From assembly GCA_022841985.1 (NCBI GenBank), contig JALHQL010000005.1, positions 4,267-68,266 on the forward strand: DNA of 64,000 nt, read 5' to 3'. The position numbers and the translations under genes were made by a program. This DNA comes from Minisyncoccota bacterium. GTDB lineage: Bacteria; Patescibacteriota; Minisyncoccia; Phycocordibacterales; Phycocordibacteraceae. Positions within the stretch are counted from its first letter, which is position 1. Every line of letters starts with the position of its first letter. The notes beneath the pieces are model-generated. The model was not told the DNA's origin, searched no databases, and worked only from the letters and a program-made list of their open reading frames with translations. Positions 62,463 to 64,000 of the stretch are shown here, in pieces.

Positions 62463-64000
62463 ATGAAAAATAAAAATTTACTTAATAATCAGTTGATTTC
62501 ATCCAAGGAACTTGCTCAAAGAGTAGGATATACAAACGACTATATTTCAAGACTTTGTCGTTTTGGAAAAATAGAAGGACAAAAAATTGGAAACACGTGG
62601 TACGTTGATGAGCTTTCACTCAAGAAATTTATTGATGGACAAGAAAATCAAAATAAGGATTGGAATGGAGATCTGTCAAAGAAACGCAAAATAGAGTACC
62701 AAAGTAATCAATCGTTCAAAAGCGAGGATGCCCGAAACTTTGCCGTGACGTTTGGCAAAATTGCTACGACTCTTGGCGTTCTTATTCTTGTCGCGGGCAT
62801 TTCAACCGCCTTTAGCATGACCAACAGCACGATACAGTCTCTTTTAATTCCTGCACAAGTTACGGTGAATGCGCCAACACAAAGCGCCGCGAGTATTCTC
62901 TCAGAGGCATCAGATCTTTTTACGCAGGCATCTATTTCTGCTGTCGACGGTGTGAAGACCGCATTCACATCACTTACTCGTATAATAGCTCCATTACGAA
63001 ATACAACCCCAGCTCCTTTATTATTTGAAACAGATCCCGAATCAATTACCGTAAAAAGCACAACAAACTCACCGCTCCCTTTTGTAAATAAAAGTAACAA
63101 TATACAGAGCACACCAAACACAGCTCTTCTTGGTATCAATACCTCAGCCACGATTAATGGTGCACTCCGAGTTTCGGGGTCTTCAGTATTGAATGGAACT
63201 GTCGGTATTGGTGGATCGGCCACAATCAATGGCGCACTGCGAGTCTCCGGATCCTCAGTATTGAGCGATAGTGTCGATATTGGCGGATCGGCCACAATCA
63301 ATGGCGCACTGCGAGTCTCCGGATCTTCGGTGTTAAGTGACCGTCTGCAGGCGCTCGGAGGTATCGACACCAACAATGCCGATATTAACGCAGGGTCTGG
63401 TCGAGTATTTGCCTCGAACATTATTAATGCAATCACTGCTGGCGAGAACGTTTCCATTACAGGGACACCGCAAAATCCGATTATTTCTTCTCTTGCTGCG
63501 AGTAGCGTCGTCAATAACATTACGGAAGTTACGGAGATTAGGGAGATTAGAATCGGTGGTGGCGGCAGCAGAGTTACCTCTGTTGGAATGTCGGTTCCTT
63601 CATTCCTTTCCGTTTCAGGATCTCCTGTAACATCAACGGGAACTTTCGATGTCACATATAGCGGCGTAGCGCTCCCTATTGCAAACGGTGGTACGGGCCT
63701 TTCCTCCATAGCTGATGCTGCTATTCTCGCGACAAATGCGGACAACGTTCTAACTGCCGTTACTGCCGGAGCAAGCCAGTCTATCCGGAGGAATGCAGGG
63801 AATACTGCTTGGGAAGCATTCACTCCTAGTGCTGGTGGCTCGGGAGTGGTTGGTTCGGGCACTATCGGGCAATTCCCATACTATTCTGCGAATGGCACCA
63901 CCGTCACGGCTACCTCTTCAATCTTCTTAGCCACGAACGGCAACATTGGTATCGGCACCACCACCCCCGGCTCGCTTCTCTCACTCGGAGACACCGGAGC
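62463..64000 (+). CDS. Large surface fibre/adhesin-like protein with N-terminal HTH and TM (partial, runs off window)
   Basis: Open frame from ATG 62463 to the window end: MKNKNLLNNQLISSKELAQRVGYTNDYISRLCRFGKIEGQKIGNTWYV..., TM IATTLGVLILVAGISTAF, 24-aa repeats, VTSVGMSVP, LPIANGGTG, GNIGIGTTTP. Confidence 0.85.
   Translation, partial: MKNKNLLNNQLISSKELAQRVGYTNDYISRLCRFGKIEGQKIGNTWYVDELSLKKFIDGQENQNKDWNGDLSKKRKIEYQSNQSFKSEDARNFAVTFGKIATTLGVLILVAGISTAFSMTNSTIQSLLIPAQVTVNAPTQSAASILSEASDLFTQASISAVDGVKTAFTSLTRIIAPLRNTTPAPLLFETDPESITVKSTTNSPLPFVNKSNNIQSTPNTALLGINTSATINGALRVSGSSVLNGTVGIGGSATINGALRVSGSSVLSDSVDIGGSATINGALRVSGSSVLSDRLQALGGIDTNNADINAGSGRVFASNIINAITAGENVSITGTPQNPIISSLAASSVVNNITEVTEIREIRIGGGGSRVTSVGMSVPSFLSVSGSPVTSTGTFDVTYSGVALPIANGGTGLSSIADAAILATNADNVLTAVTAGASQSIRRNAGNTAWEAFTPSAGGSGVVGSGTIGQFPYYSANGTTVTATSSIFLATNGNIGIGTTTPGSLLSLGDTG
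63144..63341 (+). repeat. Coding tandem repeat, 72-bp (24-aa) unit, about 2.7 copies
   Basis: SATINGALRVSGSSVL(N/S)... units start at 63144, 63216 and 63288. Confidence 0.9.

Noticed and set aside
63144-63341. CRISPR array
   Set aside because: The 72-bp units are in-frame coding repeats with synonymous variation and no unique spacers; no cas genes are present.
62708-63862. 384-aa minus-strand ORF in the track
   Set aside because: Antisense shadow of the real plus-strand fibre gene starting at 62463, which carries recognisable HTH, TM and fibre motifs.

Overview
Bacterial chromosomal window. Inference: a Patescibacteria/CPR (Parcubacteria-like) genome, judged from its compact genes, -10 boxes placed directly before start codons, and HTH-tipped giant surface proteins. 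Bases 1-47.7 kb are one very large surface-glycan locus. It holds many GT4/GT2/GT9/GT47/GT-C glycosyltransferases, rmlBACD, gmd/fcl, two NDP-sugar C-methyltransferases, FkbM/TylF methyltransferases, a B12 radical SAM enzyme, a nonulosonic-acid pathway with the hisH/hisF/amidotransferase acetamidino module, a carbamoyltransferase, an ABC flippase and an O-antigen-ligase/TPR protein. Housekeeping genes follow (murB, secA, obg, gatB), plus an unannotated 22-aa Lys/Arg/Ala peptide ORF. The most striking feature is at 54.1-64 kb: a highly divergent F-type ATPase-like operon (c-like, b-like, delta-like, alpha, gamma, beta, epsilon) with no subunit a in the operon. Its c-like hairpin lacks the ion-binding carboxylate and is fused to a secreted domain resembling the tail-fibre intramolecular chaperone (Peptidase_G2-like). 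The operon is flanked by three membrane proteins that share an N-terminal excisionase-like HTH. The third is a large repeat-rich fibre/adhesin missed by the ORF track that runs off the window. This is a candidate ion-uncoupled rotary ATPase machine linked to surface fibres. All family assignments are from motif recognition by eye; no database searches were run.
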